Assembly: GCA_046160045.1 (NCBI GenBank)
Contig: JBJXGR010000413.1
Location: 8,959 to 32,958 of the forward strand
DNA from: Bryobacteraceae bacterium
Lineage (GTDB): Bacteria > Acidobacteriota > Terriglobia > Bryobacterales > Bryobacteraceae
Length of the DNA stretch: 24,000 nt
Reading direction: 5' to 3'
Positions 1-8,580 of the stretch are shown piece by piece. Position 1 is the stretch's first letter. Each line of letters begins with the position of its first letter. The position numbers and the translations under genes are program-made. The notes beneath the pieces were generated by a model. The model was not told the origin of the DNA and made no database searches. It was given only the letters and a program-made list of their open reading frames with translations.

Positions 1-143
1 GTTGTTGGTGGCCGTTCCCCTGGCCCTCACAGCCCTACGCCGCCGGCGTCGCACGCGAACAAAGCCGAGTCAAGAGCGGGTTCCTGGAATGTAGGTCAGG
101 TTGGCGGACACGGAACACCATACGGAAAAAGGGGACTGCCTGA

Positions 144-290
144 TCTGCGGGGTTTTGCCTCGGGATCGTTCGGCAGGCCCATCCGTTTCCTTGGCCACGC
201 GACCCGCCTTTGGGCGCGGGCGGCCATGACGATCTCGCGCTGGCGGTAGCGCTGGCCTCCTGGTACGCCCGCAAGCTCTGGCCGCCTGAG
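144..290 (+). pseudogene. Possible relic of a phage terminase large-subunit C-terminal tail
   Basis: The frame is open after the stop at 141-143 and reads ...PWPRDPPLGAGGHDDLALAVALASWYARK. The HDDL-LA-ALA-W tail resembles the conserved C-terminal end of terminase large subunits. There is no start codon and no in-frame upstream continuation. Confidence 0.2.
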
Positions 291-316
291 CCCGAAGGCA
301 GCCCTCCGCCTTCGGG
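291..316. repeat. Perfect 9-bp stem hairpin (CCCGAAGGC / GCCTTCGGG, 8-nt loop)
   Basis: Direct reading: 291-299 is the reverse complement of 308-316. It sits between the terminase-like tail and the inverted RayT fragment. Function is unknown (REP-like or terminator-like). Confidence 0.6.
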
Positions 317-321
317 TCAAA

Positions 322-425
322 TCCTATGGTTGGACCGCCAACAGACCTTCTTCTGTGACGAAGACTATCGCCTCTACCTCGAACTGCTGACCGACTACTC
401 CCGGCAGTACTCCCTGGAACTGTAG
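322..425 (+). pseudogene. Internal fragment of a REP-associated / IS200-like Y1 transposase (RayT-like), truncated
   Basis: The translation ...LWLDRQQTFFCDEDYRLYLELLTDYSRQYSLEL* matches the segment that normally follows the HHVTQRGN motif in this family. The catalytic remainder (CLMxNHVHL, Tyr) is absent. Confidence 0.5.
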
Positions 426-487
426 TTTCCCCGCTGGGTGACGTGGTGCGGACAATCGACCGCGACCACGCGGGCCAATCTCGACAT
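425..487 (-). pseudogene. N-terminal 21 codons of a RayT/IS200-like Y1 transposase (MSRLARVVAVDCPHHVTQRGN)
   Basis: A minus-strand ATG at 485-487 is followed by the family-typical PHHVTQRGN motif. Homology stops at 425, where the opposite-strand fragment begins. Confidence 0.5.
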
Positions 488-520
488 GGCGGACATCGAA
501 GTAGTGCTCAACGCCAAGCA

Positions 521-1365
521 TCATTTTGAGGCCGTGTCGATCACCCGCCAAAGCTCGGCACGGACAATGCGGCGGTCGCCGCCGAAGGCCTTCATCGTCT
601 CATCCATGTTCTTGCCCGGGTGGACCTTCGCGAATGCGGCCCGGAAGCCCTCGCGCGGACTGACATACTTGGCATCGACGGCGGAGCTATAGCCCCATCC
701 CACTGTGAAATCGTAACTCAGCGTCGAGGACCCAGTGAAAATGGGGCTCGTCACCGATGGCTCAGGATGGCTCCCTGTGCCGCGAGTTCCTGCGCGATGG
801 GCAGCATGATGTTGCGGTGTTCGGCCAGGGCGGCCCCAAGCTTGCCCGGGAGGACGCGAATGCGGCGGATGGCCACGGCCGCGCCGGGCTTCAAGGCGCC
901 GCCGACGGCCATGTGGCGGCGGCTGATGATCGAGCGGACGGTGAGCGGTTGCAGAAATTGGCTGACTGAAGAGAAATCGCGCTTGCTGCCGGCCGCCGCG
1001 AGCAACGTCTGCCACTGATCTGGCCCGGTCATGGGGTCGAATGGCTTGTCGCCGGAAGAGACCGCGACGAAATTATACTCGCCGGCCATGCCCGCTCCCC
1101 CCACTGAGAACAGTGTCCATCCGGACCGGTCCCCGGCGGCGATGCGCGCTTCCGCAATCTTCTTCATCACGCCTTGCTGGTGGTCAAGAAACGCCGCGGT
1201 TTGGGCGGGCGGCACCTTAAAGAAATGCGCTACCGAATACCCAGCCCCGGGATCCGCGGTCTGGGCCATGGCCGCGCCGCTGAATGACGCCAGCGTCCGC
1301 AACGCTACGGTGGCGGCTACGTTAGCCGCGCGCATCAACGGTCTATATGCAGTTGTCGGATTCAT
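521..1365 (-). pseudogene. Secreted tandem-domain protein, interrupted by a frameshift near 750-770
   Basis: ATG at 1365 with a signal-peptide-like N-terminus (MNPTTAYRPLMRAANVAATVALRTLASFSGAAMAQ) and an upstream RBS-like AGAGGGGA. Frame A stops at 751-753. A protein-like sequence continues in another frame (SPIFTGSSTLSYDFTVGWGYSSAVDAKYVSPREGFRAAFAKVHPGKNMDETMKAFGG...) to the stop at 521. The second half repeats the pattern of the first half. Confidence 0.5.
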
Positions 1366-1656
1366 CGATTCAGTCCCCTCTTTAATTGGATTGTAACGAC
1401 CGGAGATCGGACGATAGGTAGAGTATATAGCCGGAATTCCCATTTTGGGCCTTCCGGACCCGGCCAGTATACACCAACCCCCTGACTCGGGGGGCCGAGT
1501 GGATCAAAACGGCCCCTTCCGAGCGCCGGCCGGTGCCTGCGCATGGCTTCGTCGGGCTTTGGCGCAAAAGCGAAAGCTGGAATCTGTGTGTTCTCAACAG
1601 CGCTCTCCGACACCTCTCCGTCCCTACCTCCTCCTTCCCGTCAAGATGTTCACCGG

Positions 1657-2100
1657 TCAGCGCCGCCGGTACCCTGTCGATGCCGGCAACGCCTCCATCC
1701 GCCGCACCATGCTGCCGAACAGCCGCCGCGTCAGATGGCTCTCCGCCAGCATCAGCCAGTAGTCGCGGGCGTGCTTGACCAGCCGGCCGCCCGTCTTCAC
1801 CAGCCGCTGTTGCAAACTGGTCAGCGACCAGTTCTCGATCCTCCTCGGCAACACCAACCGCCGCCACAGATTCCCCAGGTTGTAGGCGATCAGGCTCAGC
1901 ATCAAGCGCACTTCATTCGAGCCGAACCGGTGGCAACTCAGCCGCGTCATCTTCACCGCCTGCTTGCCTTCTTTGATCCACTGCTCCGCCGTTCCGCGCT
2001 TGTTGGAAAACCGCACCACCGCCCGGCTGCCGGTCTCCAGGTTGGTCACCATGAAACCCACCCGGGGAAACAATTCCCCGCAAAAGAAGGCCACCTGAGG
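1657..2100 (-). mobile_element. IS1380-family (DDE) transposase, C-terminal remnant only
   Basis: The translation GELFPRVGFMVTNLETGSRAVVRFSNKRGTAEQWIKEGKQAVKMTRLSCHRFGSNEVRLMLSLIAYNLGNLWRRLVLPRRIENWSLTSLQQRLVKTGGRLVKHARDYWLMLAESHLTRRLF matches my memory of the conserved C-terminus of IS1380-family transposases. The N-terminal two thirds are missing and no terminal inverted repeats were identified. Confidence 0.65.
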
Positions 2101-2225
2101 GACCAAAGTTGGCAGAAGCGGCGGGCCGCACAACCCAGGATCGAAGGTCGCTCTCCTCTACCCCACAATCAACTGCCTTAACAGGTGCTTTCCAGTCCGG
2201 CTATGTCAACGGGACCATGGCCTAT

Positions 2226-2297
2226 CCCGTGGCAGAAGCCGAGAATGCCCGCTACCTTCCGGTCGCGGCTCCGTCGTTTCAGCAGCTTACGGGAGAG
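2226..2297. repeat. 72-nt repeat, copy A (REP-like)
   Basis: It aligns without gaps to 7618-7689 with 5 mismatches in 72 positions, in the same orientation. Confidence 0.9.
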
Positions 2298-2494
2298 TTT
2301 TGCCCTGCGGGCGGACATTTACCACGGGCTGTTAATTTAAGATAAGCTCGCCTGCTGCCGGCAGGCGGCCTCTGGCTGCAGAATCGGCCACCAGGACTGA
2401 TCCGATATGCAACTTTCCCGGGGCACTCGGGTCGATGGCCTGCCAAGCCTGTTCTGACAGCAAACACATCCACTCCCAAGGAGGGGAATAAACG

Positions 2495-2677
2495 ATGGTC
2501 TCTCCGCCATTCCTTCTTCGAAAGGGACGAGACATCATCGTGAAGAACGGCCATTTCCCGCTGCAACGCGCCGTTGCCAGTAAGGGCGACAGGAGCATGG
2601 CCGGGCTGCAGGCCAATCGCGTTTTCGGTGTATTCTCCGCAGCCAGCGAGCTGCGGCTCGACAGCAGACGGTGGTAG
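2495..2677 (+). CDS. Hypothetical 60-aa upstream ORF
   Basis: A strong SD (AAGGAGG at 2478-2484) precedes the ATG at 2495. The stop TAG at 2675-2677 overlaps the SD of the next gene, 10 nt before its ATG. No recognisable domain. Overlapping minus-strand ORFs compete with it, and the ORF could be chance in GC-rich DNA. Confidence 0.25.
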   Translation: MVSPPFLLRKGRDIIVKNGHFPLQRAVASKGDRSMAGLQANRVFGVFSAASELRLDSRRW

Positions 2678-2687
2678 GAGAGAACCC

Positions 2688-5348
2688 ATGACATACGAGG
2701 AACTTCGACTCGAGGACTCCCGACAGAAACGAGCCCACTGGCAACGATGGGGTCCGTACCTCAGCGAGCGAGCCTGGGGGACTGTCCGCGAGGACTACAG
2801 CCCGCAGGGCACGGCGTGGGAATACCTCTCGCACGACCACGCCCGGTCACGCGCTTATCGCTGGAACGAGGACGGCATCGCCGGCATTTCCGACCGCCGG
2901 CAGTCCATCTGCTTCGCTGTCGCGATGTGGAACGGCCGCGACCCCATCCTGAAGGAGCGACTCTTCGGCCTCACCGGCAACGAGGGCAACCACGGCGAGG
3001 ACGTCAAGGAGTGCTACTTCTATCTCGACAGCACGCCGACGCACTCGTACATGAAGTCGCTGTACAAGTATCCACAGCCCGAGTTCCCGTACGCCCAACT
3101 GGTCGAGGAGAATCGCCGCCGCGATCGCAGCCGACCCGAGTTCGAGCTGATGGACACGGGCGTGTTCGCAGAGAACCGCTACTTCGACGTCCAGGTCGAG
3201 TACGCCAAGGCCTCACCCGAGGAGATCCTGATCCGGATTTCCGTGACGAACAACGGGCCGGACACGGCGGCCCTCGACCTACTGCCCACCGTGTGGTTCC
3301 GCAATACCTGGTCGTGGGGCAACGCGGACGGGCCCCGGCCCGTGCTACGCGAGGCAAACAGCGCGATCGAACTCGAGCACCACCAGCTCGGACGCCGCCG
3401 CCTGGAGTGTGAAGGTAGTCCGGAGCTGCTCTTTACCGAGAACGAGACCAACGTACAACGCCTGTTCGGCGCGGCCAACCCAGGCCCGTACGTGAAGGAC
3501 GGAATCAACGACTACATCGTCCACGGCAACCCTGACGCGGTGAACCCGTTGCGCATCGGCACAAAAGCCGCGGCTCGTTACGCGCTGCCGCTCGCGCCGG
3601 GCGAGACGCGGACGGTCCGGCTCCGCCTCGCGCCCCCGGGCGCCGCCGCCAATTTCGAGCAGACGTTTGCCGACCGCATCCGTGAGGCCGACGAGTTTTA
3701 CGCCACAGTGATCCCACCCGACCTTGCGCCGGATTCGCGCAACGTGATGAGGCAGGCCTTCGCCGGCATGTTGTGGTCGAAGCAGTTCTACCACTACGTG
3801 GTAAACGACTGGCTGAAGGGCGACCCCGCCATGCCCCCGCCTCCCGGCGAGCGGATTAACGGACGGAACCGCGACTGGTCGCACCTCTACAACGCCGACG
3901 TGATCTCGATGCCGGACAAATGGGAGTATCCGTGGTACGCGGCGTGGGACCTGGCGTTTCACTGCGTGCCCCTGGCGCTCGTCGATAGCGAGTTCGCCAA
4001 GCAGCAGCTCATTCTCATGACGCGCGAATGGTACATGCACCCCAACGGGCAGCTACCCGCGTACGAATGGGCCTTCGGCGACGTCAACCCGCCGGTTCAC
4101 GCATGGGCCGCCTGGCGCGTTTACAAGATCGAAAAGAAGCGCCGCGGCGTGGGCGACCGCGCTTTTCTCGCACGCATTTTCCAGAAGCTTCTGCTGAACT
4201 TCACCTGGTGGGTCAACCGCAAGGACAGCGAAGGCCGCAACGTCTTCCAGGGCGGCTTTCTCGGGCTCGACAACATCGGTTGCTTCGACCGGAGCGCGCC
4301 GCTGCCCACAGGCGGCCATATCGAACAGGCGGACGGCACGGGCTGGATGGCCATGTACTCGCTGAACCTGCTTGCCATAGCGATGGAGCTCGCGAGCGAG
4401 GATCCCGCTTATGAGGACGTCGCCAGCAAGTTCTGGGAGCACTTTCTTTACATCGCGACGGCTATCAACCACCTGGGCAACGACGGCACCGGGATGTGGG
4501 ACCGGGAGGACGGCTTCTACTACGATGTCCTGCACCTGCCCGACGACGGTCACATCCCGCTGAAGGTCCGCTCGATGGTCGGCCTGGTCCCGCTGTTCGC
4601 CGTGGAGACGCTGGAACCGGCGCTGGTCGACAAGCTGGAAGGCTTCAAGCGGAGGATGGAGTGGTTCATCGCGCACCGCGAGGATCTGACCCATAACGTC
4701 GCGTCCATGCACGCCGACGGAGAAGGAGACCGGCGGCTGCTATCCATGGTCGACCCCGATCAGCTCCGCCAGATCCTCCGCGTGATGCTGGACGAGCGCG
4801 AGTTTCTCTCGCCATACGGCATCCGGGCCGTTTCTCAGGTACATCGCGACCACCCGTACGTCTTTCGCGCGAATGGATCTGAATACCGGGTGGGCTATGA
4901 GCCGGGCGAGTCATCGACGGGCCTTTTCGGCGGCAACTCGAACTGGCGCGGACCGATCTGGTTCCCGGTCAACTTCCTGCTGATCGAGTCGCTCCAGAAG
5001 TTCCATCACTATCTCGGCGACGACTACAAGGTCGAATGCCCGACCGGATCGGGCACGATGATGACGCTGTGGGAAGCGGCGGCCGAGATCTCGCGCCGGC
5101 TGACACGGATCTTCCTGAAGGCGCCGGACGGCCGGCGGCCGGTGCATGGCGTCAACACGATGTATCGCGACGACCCGCACTGGCAGGACCTCGTTCTGTT
5201 CTACGAGTACTTTCATGGCGACGACGGCTCGGGCGTCGGCGCCAGCCACCAGACTGGCTGGACCGGCCTGGTCGCGAAGCTGATGCAACAGAGCGGCGAA
5301 CGCGCCGATCGCGCAGCCGAACTCGCCCTCGAGGCGGTCGCGCAGTGA
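2688..5348 (+). CDS. GH63-like (MGH1-like) glycoside hydrolase / glucosidase, about 886 aa
   Basis: ATG at 2688 with GGAG-type SD upstream. Family-typical segments are present: [82 protein letters not shown]. The upstream extension of the ORF (from 2574) is Arg/Pro-rich and not protein-like. Confidence 0.85.
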   Translation: MTYEELRLEDSRQKRAHWQRWGPYLSERAWGTVREDYSPQGTAWEYLSHDHARSRAYRWNEDGIAGISDRRQSICFAVAMWNGRDPILKERLFGLTGNEGNHGEDVKECYFYLDSTPTHSYMKSLYKYPQPEFPYAQLVEENRRRDRSRPEFELMDTGVFAENRYFDVQVEYAKASPEEILIRISVTNNGPDTAALDLLPTVWFRNTWSWGNADGPRPVLREANSAIELEHHQLGRRRLECEGSPELLFTENETNVQRLFGAANPGPYVKDGINDYIVHGNPDAVNPLRIGTKAAARYALPLAPGETRTVRLRLAPPGAAANFEQTFADRIREADEFYATVIPPDLAPDSRNVMRQAFAGMLWSKQFYHYVVNDWLKGDPAMPPPPGERINGRNRDWSHLYNADVISMPDKWEYPWYAAWDLAFHCVPLALVDSEFAKQQLILMTREWYMHPNGQLPAYEWAFGDVNPPVHAWAAWRVYKIEKKRRGVGDRAFLARIFQKLLLNFTWWVNRKDSEGRNVFQGGFLGLDNIGCFDRSAPLPTGGHIEQADGTGWMAMYSLNLLAIAMELASEDPAYEDVASKFWEHFLYIATAINHLGNDGTGMWDREDGFYYDVLHLPDDGHIPLKVRSMVGLVPLFAVETLEPALVDKLEGFKRRMEWFIAHREDLTHNVASMHADGEGDRRLLSMVDPDQLRQILRVMLDEREFLSPYGIRAVSQVHRDHPYVFRANGSEYRVGYEPGESSTGLFGGNSNWRGPIWFPVNFLLIESLQKFHHYLGDDYKVECPTGSGTMMTLWEAAAEISRRLTRIFLKAPDGRRPVHGVNTMYRDDPHWQDLVLFYEYFHGDDGSGVGASHQTGWTGLVAKLMQQSGERADRAAELALEAVAQ

Positions 5349-7207
5349 TCCCGTTCGAAGTCTCCAGCCGACGCGAATGGCTGGAGACCAACGGCATCGG
5401 CGGATTCGCATCCTCGACCGCCGCGAGCTTGAACACGCGCCGTTACCACGGCCTGCTGGTCGCGGCGACCAAACCTCCGGTGGGACGAATGGTCCTGCTG
5501 TCGAAACTCGAGGAGACGCTTGTCATCGGCGATCGCCGTATCGACTTGTCCTCGAATCGCTACCCCGGCGTGATTCACCCGCAGGGCCACGAGCACCTGC
5601 GGGAGATCCGCCACGAGCCGTTTCCGGCCTTCGTCTATGAGGTCGACGGCATCCGCCTGACGAAGTCGATCTTCATGGTGTATGGCGAGAACACCACCGT
5701 GGTCGAGTACGAACTGGAGGGCGGCCCCTGCAAGCTGGAAGTCCGCCCGCTGATCGCCTTCCGCGACTATCACGCGACGGCGCACGAGAACGCCGCGATC
5801 GATCCGACACTCGAAATCGAACCGGGTCTCGTGACGTGTGCGCCTTACCAGGGCTGTCCGAAGCTGCGGCTCGCACACACCGAGGGCTTCGTGAGCCGGA
5901 CCGGCGAATGGTACAGAAACTTCGAGTACACGATCGAGCAGGAGCGCGGCCTCGACTTCCGGGAGGACCTTTTCAACCCGCTCATCCTGACGTTCGAGTT
6001 CATGCGCGATGGGCGGGCGGCAATCGTCGCCTCCACCGAACCGCGTGACGCAAGGTCGGTCGAACGCCTTCGCGCGAGCGAAATTGCGCGACGTCTGGTG
6101 CAGTCGGAGGACCCGTTCGAGCAGGCACTGATCCGGGCGGCCGAGCAGTTCGTCGTAAGGCGCGGCAACGGCAGCACGGTCATCGCGGGTTACCCTTGGT
6201 TCAGCGACTGGGGCCGCGACACGATGATCGCGCTGCCCGGCCTGACGCTGGCCACTGGCCGCTACCAGGAAGCTCGCGGCATATTGCTGGCATTCGCTCA
6301 GAGCGTCGACCGTGGAATGCTGCCGAACCGCTTCCCCGACGCAGGGGAGACGCCCGAGTACAACACCGTCGATGCCACTCTCTGGTTCTTCGAGGCTGTG
6401 CGCGCGTACGCTGCGCACACCAACGACGTGAGATTCGTCCGGGCGGAGCTGCTCGACGTCCTCGCTGACATCGTCTCGTGGCACGAGCGCGGCACGCGTT
6501 ACGGCATCCGCGTCGATGCCGACGGATTGCTGCTCGGCGGCGAACCGGGCGTGCAGCTCACCTGGATGGACGCGAAGCTCGGCGACTGGGTCGTGACCCC
6601 GCGGCACGGGAAGCCGGTCGAGATCCAGGCACTCTGGCACAATGCGCTGCGCGTCATGCACGATCTGACCGGCGACGCGCATTATCGGGATTTAGCCGAC
6701 CGGGCGCAGGAGAGCTTCGTGCGGCAGTTCTGGAACGAAGCCGAGGGCTGCCTGTACGACGTCGTCAACGGCGATCTACGTGACGGCTCGATCCGGCCCA
6801 ACCAGATCTTCGCGGTGAGCCTGTTCCATTCGATGCTGCCTGCCGCGATGGCTGCGCGCGTCGTGGAGGCGGTGGAACGACATCTGCTGACCCCGTACGG
6901 TCTGCGGAGCCTGGCACCGTCGGACCCGCAATATCGCGGCCGCTACGAAGGCGGCCCCGAAAGCCGTGACAGCGCCTATCATCAGGGAACTGTCTGGCCT
7001 TGGCTCATGGGTCCGTACGTGACCGCGTATCGCAAGATCCACGGGCACCCGCCCGAATGGACCGCACCGTTCCGCCGCTTCGTCGAGGACTCGGGCGGCC
7101 AGATCCCCGAGGTGTTCGACGGCGATGCACCGCACCGTCCCGGCGGCTGCCTGGCGCAGGCGTGGAGCGTTGCCGAACTGCTCCGCTGCTTGATGGAAGA
7201 GACCTAA
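5345..7207 (+). CDS. Amylo-alpha-1,6-glucosidase family glycogen debranching enzyme (GDE N-terminal plus GDE C-terminal domains)
   Basis: The GTG start at 5345 overlaps the upstream stop (GTGA). The N-terminus [41 protein letters not shown] and the segments [37 protein letters not shown] are family-typical. Confidence 0.9.
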   Translation: MIPFEVSSRREWLETNGIGGFASSTAASLNTRRYHGLLVAATKPPVGRMVLLSKLEETLVIGDRRIDLSSNRYPGVIHPQGHEHLREIRHEPFPAFVYEVDGIRLTKSIFMVYGENTTVVEYELEGGPCKLEVRPLIAFRDYHATAHENAAIDPTLEIEPGLVTCAPYQGCPKLRLAHTEGFVSRTGEWYRNFEYTIEQERGLDFREDLFNPLILTFEFMRDGRAAIVASTEPRDARSVERLRASEIARRLVQSEDPFEQALIRAAEQFVVRRGNGSTVIAGYPWFSDWGRDTMIALPGLTLATGRYQEARGILLAFAQSVDRGMLPNRFPDAGETPEYNTVDATLWFFEAVRAYAAHTNDVRFVRAELLDVLADIVSWHERGTRYGIRVDADGLLLGGEPGVQLTWMDAKLGDWVVTPRHGKPVEIQALWHNALRVMHDLTGDAHYRDLADRAQESFVRQFWNEAEGCLYDVVNGDLRDGSIRPNQIFAVSLFHSMLPAAMAARVVEAVERHLLTPYGLRSLAPSDPQYRGRYEGGPESRDSAYHQGTVWPWLMGPYVTAYRKIHGHPPEWTAPFRRFVEDSGGQIPEVFDGDAPHRPGGCLAQAWSVAELLRCLMEET

Positions 7208-7333
7208 CCCCCAGGAAGCATTGCAGCAGGACCAGCAGACGCTGTGACACGGCGATATTTCAACAGGTCAGCCGCCCACAATCGGGGCGCGTGGAGCCCG
7301 TATAGGACGCTGCCGCTGCTCGCTATTCCCGAT

Positions 7334-7603
7334 TAGCTACTTTCCGGCGCAAAAATACCGGATTCGAACGCGGGACCGCTCGCTTACGGGGCTTACGGGG
7401 TCCACCCCGTTTCCCGGTCAACGTTTCGTGGAGAATCAACGATTTGTGGCCGTGAAACGGGGTGAACGTCCCTGTTTTTTCACGGTTTCGCACGCTCGCG
7501 GCACGTTTAGCGTTGTTGATATAGCAGGAACTTCATACCGTGCCGCGACGGTAACGGAGCGGTTCGCGGGCTGAAAACTGAATTTTGCGCCGGAAACCAG
7601 CTA
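7334..7603. mobile_element. MITE-like non-coding element with imperfect terminal inverted repeats
   Basis: 7341-7354 TTTCCGGCGCAAAA is the exact reverse complement of 7583-7596. The ends GCTAC.. and ..CCAGC extend the match. Weaker complementarity runs about 65 bp inward. TA dinucleotides flank both ends (7334-7335, 7602-7603). There is an internal 11-bp perfect inverted repeat (7403-7413 / 7454-7464). No ORF. Confidence 0.4.
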
Positions 7604-7617
7604 GGCTAGACTAGCAG

Positions 7618-7689
7618 CCCGTGGTAGAAGCCGAAAATGCCCGCTCCCTTCCGGTCGCGGCTCTGTCGTTTCAGCAACTTACGGGAGAG
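7618..7689. repeat. 72-nt repeat, copy B (REP-like)
   Basis: See copy A. It starts 4 nt beyond the stop codon of the minus-strand anti-sigma gene. Confidence 0.9.
7631..7660 (-). terminator. Candidate intrinsic terminator inside repeat copy B
   Basis: The minus-strand RNA reads CCGC-GA-CC-GGAA-GG-GA-GCGG: a 4+2 bp stem with tandem G.A mismatches and a GNRA-type GGAA loop. It is followed by GCAUUUUCGG, just downstream of the anti-sigma stop. Confidence 0.4.
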
Positions 7690-7692
7690 CTG

Positions 7693-8580
7693 CTAGACGC
7701 CGGTCTTCGTGAGGAACTCGCGGACGCCCGGAGCAAGCGTGGAGGCCACTTGCAGGTTGGCCATACCCTTCATGTCGGAAATGACGTACGCGAGGAAACT
7801 GCCCGCGTCAAATGCTGCGACCTGGTAGCGATCGGCGCCCGACTGGTAGATAGGAATGCCGGAGGGGCCGGCGGCCGGGGAGAGCTGGTCGAACGTCTCG
7901 CCGTCTTGTTTGCGGGCGATCACCAGCGACAGCAGCTTGTCGCCGTTTGCCAGCGTCAGATGCACGTATTGGCGTTTGGCGAAGGCGCACTGATGCGCCA
8001 GGACGATCCGGTAGCCTTCCGGAACCGCGGTTCGCACCACCGGCAGCAACCCCTGGTACGACGGTCCGAGCTCGCGTTCCATCTTCTCCACGCTGGGCGG
8101 GTTCTTCGAGTATTTGCGAAACACGGCGCAGTGGATATGGTCGCGCAGTCCTACTCGCAGGACGGCAGCAAACCGCGCCGAGACCTTCTCGATGTAGGTA
8201 TTCTGAGCCGGGCGATTGGCGAGTTCCGGCATCGGCTCGGGCCTGCCGCTGACCCACACCGCGGCAAAGAGGGCGAGGCTCGCGGCGGCGGCCAGGGACC
8301 ATCGCGCCCAGATCGCGCCGAACGGCTTGCGCGACTCTGCAGCCCCGATTCGGCGGCGAATGAGCACGGGAAGCTCAACGGGCGCCGGCTGGTTCCGCAC
8401 GACGGCTTTCAGGCGCGCGCGAAGCTGGACTCGCGCGTCGGCCTCGGCCGCGCATCCGGCGCAGCTCTCGAGGTGACGCAGCACCTCGTGGTTCGTCTCG
8501 ATGGTGAGCTCGTTGCTGATGTAGGAGTCGAGATACTTGCGGGTCCGCTCGCAGATCTCTCCAAATGAAACCCGATTCAT
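7693..8580 (-). CDS. Anti-sigma factor, zf-HC2 type, single TM, about 170-aa extracytoplasmic domain of unknown family
   Basis: N-terminal H-x3-C-x2-C motif (HLESCAGC). One hydrophobic span (WSLAAAASLALFAAVWV). The start overlaps the sigma gene stop (ATGA at 8577-8580). Paralogous to 22676-23497. Confidence 0.85.
   Translation of the reverse strand: MNRVSFGEICERTRKYLDSYISNELTIETNHEVLRHLESCAGCAAEADARVQLRARLKAVVRNQPAPVELPVLIRRRIGAAESRKPFGAIWARWSLAAAASLALFAAVWVSGRPEPMPELANRPAQNTYIEKVSARFAAVLRVGLRDHIHCAVFRKYSKNPPSVEKMERELGPSYQGLLPVVRTAVPEGYRIVLAHQCAFAKRQYVHLTLANGDKLLSLVIARKQDGETFDQLSPAAGPSGIPIYQSGADRYQVAAFDAGSFLAYVISDMKGMANLQVASTLAPGVREFLTKTGV

Noticed and set aside
2349-2367. GC-rich 7-bp hairpin (CGCCTGC-TGCCG-GCAGGCG) as a terminator
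   Set aside because: There is no U-tract on the plus strand. On the minus strand it lies inside a doubtful ORF and has no upstream gene to terminate. Function cannot be supported.
2485-2514. Exact GGAATAAA box upstream of the glucosidase cassette as a further regulon promoter
   Set aside because: Neither GGAT nor TCCT occurs at the N14 position: CCATTCCT is found, and TCCTTCTT occurs only at N18. The box also sits between an SD and the ATG of the 60-aa ORF. It is noted but not counted as a site.
2574-2687. Upstream extensions of ORF-track entries (2574 for the glucosidase, 5036 for the debranching enzyme, 12786 for olsF, 18917 for GMC, 9426 for SDR, 11259 for FRD::Rieske, 12040 for the anchored protein)
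   Set aside because: The extensions are not protein-like and overlap the preceding gene. Internal starts have SD sequences, ATGA/GTGA coupling or the promoter-motif geometry, and they give N-termini typical of the families.
5213-6682. Long antisense and alternative-frame ORFs inside well-supported genes, e.g. 5213-6682 minus (489 aa), 3345-4040 minus, 7621-8568 plus, 12701-13609 minus, 15430-16344 plus, and the N-terminal 340 aa of the 20532-21971 plus ORF
   Set aside because: Their translations are Arg/Pro/Gly/Ala-rich low-complexity strings typical of shadow frames in high-GC DNA. They fully overlap genes that have clear family signatures and coupled start/stop junctions.
7005-7250. 81-aa minus-strand ORF downstream of the weak GGAATAGC-N14-TCCTATAC site
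   Set aside because: After a short hydrophobic start it becomes an Arg/Pro/Ser-rich antisense translation of the 3-prime end of the debranching gene. It is most likely a shadow ORF.
7358-7412. tRNA/tmRNA-like strings (GGATTCGAACGCGGGACC, GGGGTCCACCCCG) in the 7208-7692 intergenic region
   Set aside because: I could not fold a T-arm: the stems flanking TTCGAA(T) are not complementary. There is no acceptor stem or CCA context and no tag-peptide frame. I treat it as part of the MITE-like element.
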